From the NCBI GenBank assembly GCA_963815195.1, contig CAWFGE010000018.1:128001-192000 (forward strand): 64,000 nt of DNA, in the 5' to 3' direction. This stretch comes from an uncultured Planctomycetaceae bacterium (GTDB lineage Bacteria; Planctomycetota; Planctomycetia; Planctomycetales; Planctomycetaceae). The translations under genes were made by a program, and so were the position numbers. Positions 29,206 to 38,944 of the stretch are shown one piece after another (positions within the stretch are counted from its first letter, which is position 1; every line of letters begins with the position of its first letter). The notes under the pieces were generated by a model, which was given only the letters and a program-made list of their open reading frames with translations, had not been told where the DNA came from and did no database searches.

Positions 29206-29547
29206 ATGATCAAAAACTGCTTGAAAAAACTCTGGCAAGATGAAGCCGGGTTCGTGGTTTCCAGCGAACTCGTCTTGATCGCGACCATTCTGGTCATCGG
29301 CATTATTGCCGGTCAAACCGCCCTCCGCGATGCCGTCGTCGGCGAATTGGCCGACGTCGGAGCCGCCATCGGCGACGTGAACCAAAGCTTCTCCTTCGGG
29401 GCGATCACCGGCCACTGCTCCAGCACCGCCGGCACCCTCTTCATCGATCAGGGCGACTTCTGCGAAATCTCCGGGGCCAACAACGACACTGCCAACGTTG
29501 CCCCCAACTGCGTCGGGATCTGCGTCGTCGCGGGTACTCCCGAGTAA
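29206..29547 (+). CDS. Flp/type IVb pilin-like protein (planctomycete type)
   Basis: LWQDEAG|FVVSSELVLIATILVIG, with Glu early in the hydrophobic helix; upstream of cpaB. Confidence 0.8.
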   Translation: MIKNCLKKLWQDEAGFVVSSELVLIATILVIGIIAGQTALRDAVVGELADVGAAIGDVNQSFSFGAITGHCSSTAGTLFIDQGDFCEISGANNDTANVAPNCVGICVVAGTPE

Positions 29548-29592
29548 TCGAAACGGCTTGACGGCCCCTTGGGGCTCTACTGTTTGAACCTC

Positions 29593-29624
29593 CCTCCTGG
29601 GAGGGCCTTGGCTCTCCCAGGAGG
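29593..29624 (+). terminator. Strong hairpin after the first pilin gene
   Basis: CCTCCTGGGAGGGCC-tt-GGCTCTCCCAGGAGG, then AATTTT. Confidence 0.55.
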
Positions 29625-29710
29625 AATTTTCCGTTAACGGAAATCCTTTGCTTAGCGGCAATCGCCGCCGTCACCCTTTCGTTTCTTCCGATCCCACACG
29701 AGGTTCTGAA

Positions 29711-30010
29711 TTGTTTGCCAAGCTCCTGCGAGATGAGTCGGGAATTATCGACGCCAGCACGTATCTGTTGATGACGACGATCGTCGCCATCGGGATGATC
29801 GCCGGCCTCACGTCGCTACGGGATTCCGTGGTGCAACAGTTCGGGGACGTGGCGCTGGGATTGGAGCACCTCGATCAGACATACACCATCAACGCAACCA
29901 TTGGAACTCAGGTCAAGACGTTCGGGTACATTGACACGCCGGCTCCCGACGACCCCGCCGGACAAGGGCCTGAAGACATCGCCTTGGGGCTCCCCGCCGC
30001 GGCCGAATAA
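29711..30010 (+). CDS. Second Flp pilin-like protein (minor pilin)
   Basis: LLRDESG|IIDASTYLLMTTIVAIGMIAGLTSLRDSVV, paralogous to the first pilin; TTG start inferred. Confidence 0.7.
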   Translation: MFAKLLRDESGIIDASTYLLMTTIVAIGMIAGLTSLRDSVVQQFGDVALGLEHLDQTYTINATIGTQVKTFGYIDTPAPDDPAGQGPEDIALGLPAAAE

Positions 30011-30037
30011 GAATCTGTCCCGTAAGTCCTTTAGAAA

Positions 30038-30101
30038 TGAGCGGCACGGCGCGAGCCGCCGGTTCCGCGCACAGAACCGGCGGGTCGCGCCGTGCCGCTC
30101 A
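30038..30101. repeat. REP-like inverted repeat (TGAGCGG...CCGCTCA family)
   Basis: TGAGCGGCACGGCGCGAGCCGCCGGTT...AACCGGCGGGTCGCGCCGTGCCGCTCA. Confidence 0.75.
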
Positions 30102-30220
30102 CAAGATTCGCCGTGACGAGCAACCAGTCAGGCATAGAACTTGCATCGGCAACCATCTCTTCGTCTCGTTGACTCAGACAGCATCAGACATCGCCAGCCT
30201 ATCACTTTGTGGAGGACCTC

Positions 30221-31351
30221 ATGACGAGGGTTAGTTCGGGTACGCTCACTGTTGTGTTATTTGCCATTATTGCAGGTCTCGCCGGGGCTTTTGTCGTTCG
30301 CCAGCGGTTGCAGGTTCCGCCGCCCGAGCCTCCGACGGTTGCCCCCAGCCCCAACGACATCGTCGTTCCCGTGGCTGCCATCGATTTGCAGCCGGGCCAG
30401 ATGTTGACAATTAACGACATCGCCATGGTGCGGATGTCGCCGGAAAACTTCGCGAAGAGCAAGTATGTGAACCAGCCCTACATGCGAATCGGCAAACAGA
30501 TTGAAGAACGGGTGCTCAAGGTCGCGGTCAAGCGGGGGGAAGCGTTTTTGACGACGGCGTTCTATCCCGACGGAGCCGGTCCGGGCATTGCGGAGATGTT
30601 GGACGAAGGCTTCCGCGCCGTGTCGATTCCGATCGAGCACATTTCCGCCGTCCAAGGCTTCGCCCGCCCGGGCACGTTCGTGGACGTTTTGTTCCGCTCG
30701 AAGGAAACCGACGACCACCCGGAAGTGACGATCACGTTGCTCGAACGCGTCAAAGTGCTCGCGGTCAACAAGAACACGTTGTCGGAACACAACGTCGATC
30801 TGGACGCGGGCGGGGCGGTGACCTTGGCCGTGACGCCCCTTCAGGCAAAAGCTTTGAAAGTTGTGGAACACCGGGGCGAGCTTTCGCTCACGCTCCGCAA
30901 CCCCAATGACAATCTGGACTTCATGCCCGTGGATTTGAACCGCGGCGAAAAGGTGCGGGGCATCGCCGGGGGCGAACAGCCGGATTTGGACGCTTTGCAA
31001 GAACAGGCCGGCCTCGAACCGGTACGCAAAGTGCATCTCGCTGATGATGCCCGGACGGAGCCTTGGATCATGGGTATGGAGCGGGTGACGCATGGGACCG
31101 ATCAAATCAGCCTGAACGATTTGCTCAACATTCCTCCCAAACCGAAACCCGCTCAAATGACGGTGTATCGCGGGGGACAGAAAGAAGTCATCATCTTTGA
31201 CAACGAAACGCACGCGGCGGCCCCGGAAGTTCCGGAATTGATTCGAGTTCCCATTCCACCGCCGATTGTTCGCCGCAATGCTCCCGACCGTCCAGAATCC
31301 AAGGTCCGCACGGTTCAGTTCAAAAACGACCCGGCCGTTCCGGGCAGTTAA
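30221..31351 (+). CDS. cpaB: Flp pilus assembly protein CpaB/RcpC
   Basis: N-terminal TM, SAF-like VPVAAIDLQPG, GFRAVSIP, GFARPG.FVDVL, VKVLAV, VTLAVTP.QA, LSLTLR. Confidence 0.88.
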   Translation: MTRVSSGTLTVVLFAIIAGLAGAFVVRQRLQVPPPEPPTVAPSPNDIVVPVAAIDLQPGQMLTINDIAMVRMSPENFAKSKYVNQPYMRIGKQIEERVLKVAVKRGEAFLTTAFYPDGAGPGIAEMLDEGFRAVSIPIEHISAVQGFARPGTFVDVLFRSKETDDHPEVTITLLERVKVLAVNKNTLSEHNVDLDAGGAVTLAVTPLQAKALKVVEHRGELSLTLRNPNDNLDFMPVDLNRGEKVRGIAGGEQPDLDALQEQAGLEPVRKVHLADDARTEPWIMGMERVTHGTDQISLNDLLNIPPKPKPAQMTVYRGGQKEVIIFDNETHAAAPEVPELIRVPIPPPIVRRNAPDRPESKVRTVQFKNDPAVPGS

Positions 31352-31393
31352 TTCCGGTTCGCCGCGTTTCTTGGATTGAAATTCGTCGCTTCC

Positions 31394-31568
31394 AAATCCG
31401 AAACCGAAACCGAAGCCGAAGTTTCAAACCATTTCCAAATCTCACATCAACATGTCCCGAACAAGTCCGACCCCAATTGATAACACGGGGCCAATCGCCG
31501 GGGTTTGAAAACTGGAGTTTCGAGCATTCGAATTTGTTTCGGATTTCGAGATTCGGATTTCGGATTTT
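31394..31568. repeat. Intergenic AT-rich inverted-repeat element, copy 2
   Basis: 39-bp arm at 31530-31568 identical to 10423-10461; upstream AAATCCGAAACCGAAACCGAAGCCGAAG arm. Confidence 0.8.
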
Positions 31569-31614
31569 TGCGGGGCGGGATTCTATTTCATCCAATCGGT
31601 CGAGGAGTATTTTA

Positions 31615-32964
31615 GTGACATCCATGCAGTCGCGGACCCTGATGGTCGAGCCGGACGCGGACGAACAGGTCATCGACGAGAACGAGTTGCGCTTTCAGCA
31701 GCTCAAAGTCGCGATTCACGAGAAACTGGTCGATTCGCTGGATCTTTCGCTGTTGGCTCACGTGGCCCAAAGCGAATTGGAAAAGGAAGTCCGGGAGGTC
31801 GCCTCGGAAATCGTTCGTGAAGAGGCCCCCAAACTGCCGGCCGAAATCAAAACCCGGCTGCTCGACGAGTTGTTCCACGAGGTGTTCGGGCTGGGGCCTT
31901 TGGAACCGTTGATGCGGAATGACAACATCAGCGACATCCTCGTCAATCATCCGCATGAAGTTTTCATCGAGCAGTTTGGGCGACTCGAAAAGTCGGATGT
32001 GATCTTCGCGGACGAGGCCCATTTGATGCGAATCATTCAGCGGGTCGTCTCCCGCGTGGGCCGGCGGATTGACGAAGTCAGCCCGATGGTCGATGCCCGA
32101 CTGTCCGACGGCAGCCGCGTGAATGCGGTCATTCCGCCGCTCGCCCTCGACGGCCCGACGCTGTCGATTCGGCGGTTCGGCCGGCGGCCGCTGCAAGTGG
32201 AAGACCTGACCGAAAGCAACTCGGTCCACAGCGACATCGTGGAGTTTCTGGCGGCAGCCGTGGACGCCCGCGTAAGCTTTTTGATTTCCGGGGGCACGGG
32301 GGCGGGGAAAACCACGCTGCTCAACGCGCTCACGCGGTTCATTCCGCTCGACGAGCGGTTGCTGACCGTGGAAGATTCCGCGGAGCTTCGGCTGCTCCAC
32401 AAACACGTCGTCCGCATGGAAACCCGGCCACCCAACACCGAAGGGGCCGGAGAAATCACGCAGCGGTCCCTGGTGCGAAACAGCCTCCGCATGCGGCCGG
32501 ACCGGATCATCATCGGCGAAGTCCGCGGGGCGGAAGCCCTCGACATGCTGCAAGCCATGAATACCGGCCACGAAGGCTCGCTGACCACCATTCACGCCAA
32601 CGACGCCCGCGATGCCCTCGCCCGTCTGGAACTGATGGTCGCGATGGCGGGGTTCGAATTGCCGATCCCGGTCGTCCGCCAGTATATTGCCTCCGGATTG
32701 TCGCTCGTCGTGCATCTGGCCCGCTTGAAAGGCGGGATTCGCCGCGTGATGCGGGTCTCGGAAATCGTCGGCCTCCGCGACGGCGGGCTGCACCTGGAAG
32801 ACATCTTCGGGTTTGAGCAAACCGGCGTCGATGACACCGGCGTCGCCCAGGGGGAATTCTACGTCACCGGCTATCGGCCGTTGTGCCTGAACCGATTGCG
32901 GGCCGCCGGCATCCGGCTGCCTGATGAAATGTTTGACAAACGCCGCTTCTCTGTGCGTTCGTGA
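31615..32964 (+). CDS. cpaF: Tad pilus assembly ATPase CpaF/TadA
   Basis: [73 protein letters not shown] before GTG 31615. Confidence 0.95.
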   Translation: MTSMQSRTLMVEPDADEQVIDENELRFQQLKVAIHEKLVDSLDLSLLAHVAQSELEKEVREVASEIVREEAPKLPAEIKTRLLDELFHEVFGLGPLEPLMRNDNISDILVNHPHEVFIEQFGRLEKSDVIFADEAHLMRIIQRVVSRVGRRIDEVSPMVDARLSDGSRVNAVIPPLALDGPTLSIRRFGRRPLQVEDLTESNSVHSDIVEFLAAAVDARVSFLISGGTGAGKTTLLNALTRFIPLDERLLTVEDSAELRLLHKHVVRMETRPPNTEGAGEITQRSLVRNSLRMRPDRIIIGEVRGAEALDMLQAMNTGHEGSLTTIHANDARDALARLELMVAMAGFELPIPVVRQYIASGLSLVVHLARLKGGIRRVMRVSEIVGLRDGGLHLEDIFGFEQTGVDDTGVAQGEFYVTGYRPLCLNRLRAAGIRLPDEMFDKRRFSVRS

Positions 32965-33128
32965 CGACAGGGCGAGCGGACCAACCTCCGGTCGGTGCCC
33001 GCGCCAGCCCCATGATGACTTCTAAGAGAAGACCGCATCGTTGCTCGAACCAATCAGCCGGCTGACGCCGGCCGCTCGCCCGGATTTTTTTAGGCCACAT
33101 CACACTCTGCAGCTAAGCGAGTCGGAGC

Positions 33129-34067
33129 ATGGATCAAGGCACAATTACACTCATCGCCTTCGGCAGTTTTACCCTGGTCACGGCCGCGGTGGGGCTGTTG
33201 TTGAGAGAACTGTTTGCCCCCCGCAGCGTCTCCGCGGGGACCGGCGTTCCGGGCGGACGCGTCAAGCTCCGCCGCCGGCAAACGGTTTATGACGCCCAGA
33301 AGCCTAAAGGCGTGCTCCAAAAAATCGATCAGGCATTCGATCGATTGGTGCTGGACACGGACACGGGAATCACCCCGTTCGGCGCGTTCCTCTTGATCTT
33401 TACTTCGGCCCTGTTGGTCGGCGGGGCGGTGTGGCTGTACAACAACGAACCGCTGGCGGGTCTGTTCGCCGGCATCCTGGGCATGCTGTTTCCTATCTTT
33501 GTCATGTCTGTGCAGCGGTCGCGGAGGATGCGGGAAATCCAAGAGCAGATGCCGCACGTCTTGGACATGCTCGCTCGGGCGTCCCGCGCGGGCCAGACGT
33601 CGGAACAGGCTTTGGAACTGGCAGGCCAGGAACTGGAAGGCCGCCTGTCCCGCGAGTTTCGCAACTGCTCACACCAACTGGCGATGGGCCGATCGTTCGA
33701 TGCGGTGATGAAAACATTGGCCGCTCGGATTCGCACCGTGGAAATGCGAATCCTGACGACCACGCTCATCGTGCAGCGGCAAACGGGCGGCAACTTGTCG
33801 GATACGTTGGAGCGGATGTCGAGCGTGATTCGCGATCGCCTCAACGGGCAACGGCAAATGCGGGCTTCCACCGGGGCCGGACGTTCCTCGACCCTCATCA
33901 TCGCCACCATCTCGCCGCTGGCGTATCTGTTTATGTTTATCTTCCAGCGGGAATACCTGGAAATCCTGTTTAGCGATCCTATGGGCCGGCTGTTTTTGGG
34001 CGGGGCGATCGTGCTCGAAGTGATCGGCATTTTCTGGGTCGCCGCCCTCCTCCGGCAGGAACGCTAA
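33129..34067 (+). CDS. tadB: Tad pilus inner-membrane protein TadB (T2SS F family)
   Basis: QMPHVLDMLARASRAG, VQRQTGGNLSDTLE; follows cpaF. Confidence 0.88.
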   Translation: MDQGTITLIAFGSFTLVTAAVGLLLRELFAPRSVSAGTGVPGGRVKLRRRQTVYDAQKPKGVLQKIDQAFDRLVLDTDTGITPFGAFLLIFTSALLVGGAVWLYNNEPLAGLFAGILGMLFPIFVMSVQRSRRMREIQEQMPHVLDMLARASRAGQTSEQALELAGQELEGRLSREFRNCSHQLAMGRSFDAVMKTLAARIRTVEMRILTTTLIVQRQTGGNLSDTLERMSSVIRDRLNGQRQMRASTGAGRSSTLIIATISPLAYLFMFIFQREYLEILFSDPMGRLFLGGAIVLEVIGIFWVAALLRQER

Positions 34068-34070
34068 AAA

Positions 34071-34148
34071 AGCGGCGGGGCGCTCGCCGCCGGTCTTGAT
34101 TTTGCGACTCTCCTTTCATCGAAACCGGAGGCTAGCGCCTACCGCTCA
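34071..34148 (+). mobile_element. ~80-bp MITE/REPIN-like element, copy A
   Basis: Terminal inverted arms AGCGG...CCGCTCA plus a spacer conserved with the copies at 44326-44405 and, inverted, 60491-60570. Confidence 0.7.
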
Positions 34149-34263
34149 GATTCTCAAGCGCCAGCCCGCAGAGAGAGATCGAGAAGAATTACAAAGCCGC
34201 AAAGCGGCGACAGCAAAGACACTTTTCATTTCGCGGCTCAATACAATCACAAAAGGCGATCTT

Positions 34264-35238
34264 ATGGATCGAATTGACCCCATCGATCTCGCGGCGTTTT
34301 TGGGCACGGCTTTGGTGTGCTATTGGTTTGGCATGACCCTGGTCAGCGCCCGCCGCCGGGTGCGGAATATCGCGGACATCGAAAAGCCCGCCACGCTGAA
34401 ACCGGCCGGGAAATTCCGCCGGGCCTTGGCCGGAGCATTGCCTCAATCCCGGGACGACCAGGACCGCATCGAGCGGGACCTGAAACGCGCCGGCTTCTAC
34501 GGCATGTCCGCGCTGGTCGAGTACCTCGCCATGCGGAACACGCTGGTCATCGGGTTCCTGATCATCGGCGGCGGATTGGCGGTGGCGGTGCCGCCCGGTT
34601 CTCCATTGCCGAAAACGATTCTGATTGCCACTGGCATCGCCTGCGTGTTGGCGTACATCCTGCCGCGGTTCGTGTTGAAGTTCCAAGCGAATAAGCGGCT
34701 GCGGCGCATTGAAACCGGACTCCCTGATGTGCTGGATTTGATCCGCATGTGTCTCACCGGGGGACTGTCGCTGCGGGATTCTCTCGAGCGCGTGTCTCGG
34801 GAAATCGAAGCCTTCCATCCGGACCTGGCGGTGGAATTGGAAGTCATCCGCCGCCACGCCGAGGCCGACACGATGGCGAAAGCCCTCAAGGAATTCGCCC
34901 GCCGAATGCGGACGCCCGATGTCAATGCCCTCGCGTCGCTGGTGAGCCAAACCGAACGGCTCGGCACCCATGTCGCCCAGGCGGTGATGGAGTTCGCCGA
35001 CGGCGTTCGCCGGCAGCATCGACAACGGGCCGAGGAGCGGGCCGGCAAAACCAGTATTCGCATGTTGTTCCCGGTGATCTTCTGCCTGGCTCCGCCGGTG
35101 TTCATTTTGCTGCTCGGTCCGCCAGCGATTCAACTCAAGAATTTCCTCCGCGATTCCAAACGGCCGGGCGGCGTGCTCAACATGGAGACCTACCGCCAAG
35201 TGGACCGCACCGTCAACGAACAGGACCCGGCCAATTGA
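34264..35238 (+). CDS. tadC: Tad pilus inner-membrane protein TadC
   Basis: LPDVLDLIRMCLTGGL, QTERLGT.VAQA, RAEERAGK..IRMLFP.IFCLAP. Confidence 0.88.
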   Translation: MDRIDPIDLAAFLGTALVCYWFGMTLVSARRRVRNIADIEKPATLKPAGKFRRALAGALPQSRDDQDRIERDLKRAGFYGMSALVEYLAMRNTLVIGFLIIGGGLAVAVPPGSPLPKTILIATGIACVLAYILPRFVLKFQANKRLRRIETGLPDVLDLIRMCLTGGLSLRDSLERVSREIEAFHPDLAVELEVIRRHAEADTMAKALKEFARRMRTPDVNALASLVSQTERLGTHVAQAVMEFADGVRRQHRQRAEERAGKTSIRMLFPVIFCLAPPVFILLLGPPAIQLKNFLRDSKRPGGVLNMETYRQVDRTVNEQDPAN

Positions 35239-35278
35239 CGGCAGGTCAAAAACCGGCTCGCCGGACGCGCCAAAACAG

Positions 35279-35315
35279 GAAACCCCGGCCTGACGGCAAA
35301 TCAGACCGGGGTTTC
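35279..35315. terminator. Bidirectional terminator-like hairpin
   Basis: GAAACCCCGG-CCTGA...TCAGA-CCGGGGTTTC between convergent genes. Confidence 0.65.
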
Positions 35316-35405
35316 GATTTTGGTTTATGACTCGGCGGGCCGATTAACCCTGGTCATTAGCCGCAGGGCGCTCGCCCCGGTTCTCTGGGACAACTTTAAT
35401 GGTCC

Positions 35406-35970
35406 TTAGTTCTGGGTGACGCGGACCATCTGGGACGCGGGACGGATGGCGCGGATGCGGTACAACGGGCCGCTCAGATACAGGCTGGGGCGAATTGTGA
35501 TGATTTCGCCCTCGACGTACACCTGGTCGCCGTTTTTGCATTGATCCAGCCGGGCGTCGGGAGCCAGCACCACGCTGCCGCCCCATTCATCGTGCTCATC
35601 GAGGGGAGCATAACGGAGTTTCCATTGATGGCCGGGGGCGTGCACTCGCTGCAATTCGCCGATCAACCAGCCGTAGTTTTTCGCGTGGGCTTGGCTGGGA
35701 ACCGGGACTTCTTTCGGTTCGGGTTCGGGTTTGGGCTGGGCCGGCTGCTGGAACGGATTGATCGTCTGATCGCTATGGCTGACCTCCACGACCGGTTTTG
35801 GTTTTTCCACAGGCGCCGTGTGCTGGGAAATCGGATTCACGGCCGCAACGCCGACTTGCGCAGCCGCCGCAGGGGACCGCGCAGGTCCCGCAGGATTGCT
35901 TTGTTCCGGTTTTACACCCCGTTATAAACACGCTGATCGTGCAAACGACGATTAATAGTATCCTCATCAT
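35406..35970 (-). CDS. Hypothetical lipoprotein (frameshift ~35880)
   Basis: MMRILLIVVCTISVFITG|C lipobox with GGAGGG RBS (ORF 35773..35970), joined to ORF 35406..35840 (HAKNYGWLIGEL...WKLRYA...WGGSVVL...GDQVYVEG). Confidence 0.7.
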
Positions 35971-36321
35971 TCCCCCTCCTGGTGAGATTGTGGCAAAAAC
36001 AGTCCTTACCAGAATTCTCGGCAGATGCCCTAAGTTTGGTCAAAGCCAGATGACCCGCAGAGGCCGAAACCGCCCGGTCGCGTCCGCAAAAACCACTTAT
36101 GGGAGTTGTTCCGTTTGTAGGGACTTTCGTGGCCGATACAGTGTGACACGATCGGGACCGGCGAATACGAAGAACTCTCATGCCGTAACTCCTTTTGAGG
36201 AAAAGACTTCTGCGTTTTGCCGCCAGGCGGCTTGAATTTGGAGACAACTGAACGGAAATCGCCCCAGGCATTTCATGGGAAATGTCTGGGGCGAAATGGG
36301 TTTCAAGCCAGCTGTTTGCGG

Positions 36322-38067
36322 TCAGTCTTGGTAGACCTTCGTGCTTTCCTGCTCGATGACCGGGGACTTTAAGGTGTCGGATTGGGCATGCACGGTCACG
36401 CGGAAGTCGCCCGGTTTCTGGCCGCGAATCCTCACGCGGTAGATCGCGTCCGCCCGCGGAGCCAGTTTGGCCAGCGGAGCGAAGACCACGGTGCGTTCTT
36501 CGATCGTGCCTTCCGTGGGGCCTTTGACGCCCAGGATTTCCATGCCGTCCGGCACGTCCAGTTTGAGTTGGATGTTGGTCGCGAAGTCGGTGCCCTGGTT
36601 GGTGATGAGGATTTCGTAACCCGTCTCGGCTCCCACTTCGACCGGGTCGTCGATGTCCACCACTTCCAACAGGAGAGCGGCGATGCCTTCGACCGACGTT
36701 TCGTGCTTGGCCAGCGACCGCAGTCCGCGGTCGGCGTAGGACAGAGCCATCACCGGGAACTCGCCGCGGTCCAAAGCCCGCAGCTCGCATTCCACTTCGA
36801 CTTTGCCGCCGGCTTCGACTTGGGTGGCGAACCAGTTGACCGTTTTGCTCGCAGCGTCGAATTTCCCGCCGGCGTTGGCCGAGAGGAACCCGAAGGACTG
36901 CGGAACCGCGCAGCGGACGTGCACGTTGGTGGCCGGGGCCGTGCCTTTGTTCTCGGCGATAATCTTAAACGTGGCGGGCCGGCCCACGTAGCGGAAGTCG
37001 GGGCCTTCGATCTTGGTTTCGATGATGGCGCCCAGGCCGCGGACCGTGGTTTCCTGTTCCTGCCGGAGGCCGTTGTCGCCCGTGGCCACGAACCGGCAGG
37101 TGTGGTCGCCCAGTTTCACCATGTTCGCCAGCACGCGAATCGAACGGGATTCGCCGGGATTCAAGAACCCGATTTCATAGGTGGTGCTCTTGGCGAGCGG
37201 GGCCAACCCGTCGGACATGGTGACGTTCAGAATTGTATTGGTCGTCGCCGCCGTGCCCGGGTTTTCGACCGTCACGTTGAACACGGCTTGATTGCCCAGA
37301 ATCACAGAATCCGGTCCCTCGGCCACCATTTTCAACAGCGGTTCGACGACCCGGAACTTCGTGCTCGAAAACGTGCTGAAGGTCACGCGGGCCTGGCTGA
37401 GGGCTTCGCCCGCCACGACCGGCTTCAGCCGCAAGGCGATGCGGTGCTCCTGGTCGGGTTCGAGTTGGTTCACCATCCACACGGGCTGGTTTTCCAACTG
37501 CACCGGTTTGGGCTGGGCATCGATCAATTGAAAGCCGCGGGGCAGAGCCTGCTCGATGACGATGTCGTTGATCGTGACCAAACCGCGGTTCCGCAGCACG
37601 AGTTCAAAGTCGCCTTCCTGGCCGACGCTGACGACTTCCGGGGTGACCCAATCGACCGTCATGCTCGGCGTTTTGCTTTCGTAGGTCTTGACGTAAGGCG
37701 TGGCTTCGCGGCGGCCGATGTTTGTGCCCGCGAGCGGTCCTGACGCCTGGATTCGCACCGAAGCCGGGGCTTCCGCGGGACCGATCGCCTGCGTGCGAAC
37801 GGGAGCGGGCGAGTCCGTCAGCCGGCCTGAGCCGAGTTTCACCGGAGCAGGCCGTTCCACGTCCCGCCCGGGCTGGGCCGGTTCGTCAAACGGATTGCCG
37901 ACGTCCGGCGCCTGAGCCGATTGTGGAGCTTCCTGCTGATCCTCAAAAGGATTGAACACAGTGGGCATTGCAGGCTGGTCTTTGCCCGGCCCCTGGGCCA
38001 TCAACCACGCCGGCGCGCCGATTCCCAGCAACAATAAGATGGTTGGCCATCTTCCGAATTTACCCAT
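36322..38067 (-). CDS. DUF11-repeat periplasmic protein (OmcB-like)
   Basis: Signal peptide, Pro-rich linker, four Ig-like repeats (..V.N.G...ATN.); last repeat LLEVVDIDDPVEVG.ET.Y.I.ITNQGT. Confidence 0.8.
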   Translation of the reverse strand: MGKFGRWPTILLLLGIGAPAWLMAQGPGKDQPAMPTVFNPFEDQQEAPQSAQAPDVGNPFDEPAQPGRDVERPAPVKLGSGRLTDSPAPVRTQAIGPAEAPASVRIQASGPLAGTNIGRREATPYVKTYESKTPSMTVDWVTPEVVSVGQEGDFELVLRNRGLVTINDIVIEQALPRGFQLIDAQPKPVQLENQPVWMVNQLEPDQEHRIALRLKPVVAGEALSQARVTFSTFSSTKFRVVEPLLKMVAEGPDSVILGNQAVFNVTVENPGTAATTNTILNVTMSDGLAPLAKSTTYEIGFLNPGESRSIRVLANMVKLGDHTCRFVATGDNGLRQEQETTVRGLGAIIETKIEGPDFRYVGRPATFKIIAENKGTAPATNVHVRCAVPQSFGFLSANAGGKFDAASKTVNWFATQVEAGGKVEVECELRALDRGEFPVMALSYADRGLRSLAKHETSVEGIAALLLEVVDIDDPVEVGAETGYEILITNQGTDFATNIQLKLDVPDGMEILGVKGPTEGTIEERTVVFAPLAKLAPRADAIYRVRIRGQKPGDFRVTVHAQSDTLKSPVIEQESTKVYQD

Positions 38068-38503
38068 TTGACCCTCCCGGTGAATTTTTGACAGTCCCTG
38101 TCTGGCTTGAAATCAACCCACGATCGCAAACACTGCCGCACGTGAGTCCGAAGTTTGCTCCTCATCAGAATCGGTTTTCCGAGTCGGGAAAATCAATCCG
38201 ATTTTGCCGATTGCAAGGAATTTGCCGAATACAGAAAGATGTCACACCAAGAAGCCAGACGCGGCGGAAGAGAACGGTGGGGGAATTCCGCAGCGCACGG
38301 CGCAGACAGCATCTTTCGCGCCATTCGGTGCCAATTTCGCGAAGAGGCCCCCAGCCCGTTCCGGTGCCTTCGGCGGGCGAACTGTCCCCAAGATGTCACC
38401 GCAGGCCGCAAATCCCAGTATTTCCGCGGCTTCCAGCGGGACTCTTCACAATTCCTTCACTCGTTCTTCCCAAAAAACCCAAAATTATTAAAGCGTGATG
38501 AAA

Positions 38504-38648
38504 ACACAATTTGTGTGGATTTCGTGTGGGTAATTATCAAGATTTTGTGGAGAGGGGATTGCCAACCCGATCGGCGTTATGGTAAATTCCGGCCAATCGA
38601 TCCACAACATATGGGATAAACATTTCTCAAAATCCCAAGAAGTTGTTC
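38504..38648 (+). promoter_or_regulatory. Two tandem pairs of NrdR boxes
   Basis: 16-mers at 38504 (ACACAATTTGTGTGGA), 38535 (TATCAAGATTTTGTGG), 38602 (CCACAACATATGGGAT) and 38633 (TCCCAAGAAGTTGTTC) resemble acaCwAtATaTwGtgt; each pair is 31 bp apart; upstream of nrdJ. Confidence 0.7.
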
Positions 38649-38944
38649 TGGATTTTTGTGCGCTGTTGTGCAGAATTCCTTTTGAGACTGCGGTTTTTGG
38701 GTGAGGCGAAGGGAATCCACCACATCCAACCTCATCAACCAAGAACAAACGCAGTTCTCGGGAAATAACGCCGCCTCTTCAGAATCTTCGCGTCACATGG
38801 TACGGATACTGCATAATTTATCGATGGCGGATTGGGGCACGTGGGGGAACGGTTTTCCCGCCCGGCCCGGTTTCCCGGCCCACGACGGCGCCTGCTCGTT
38901 TTTTCTCTCTCCCCATTCCGCTTTAGCCCCCTGAAGGAACCGAC

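Noticed and set aside
38236..38399. Direct repeat AAGATGTCAC at 38236 and 38390
   Set aside because: A single 10-bp repeat 154 bp apart could be chance; no further support.
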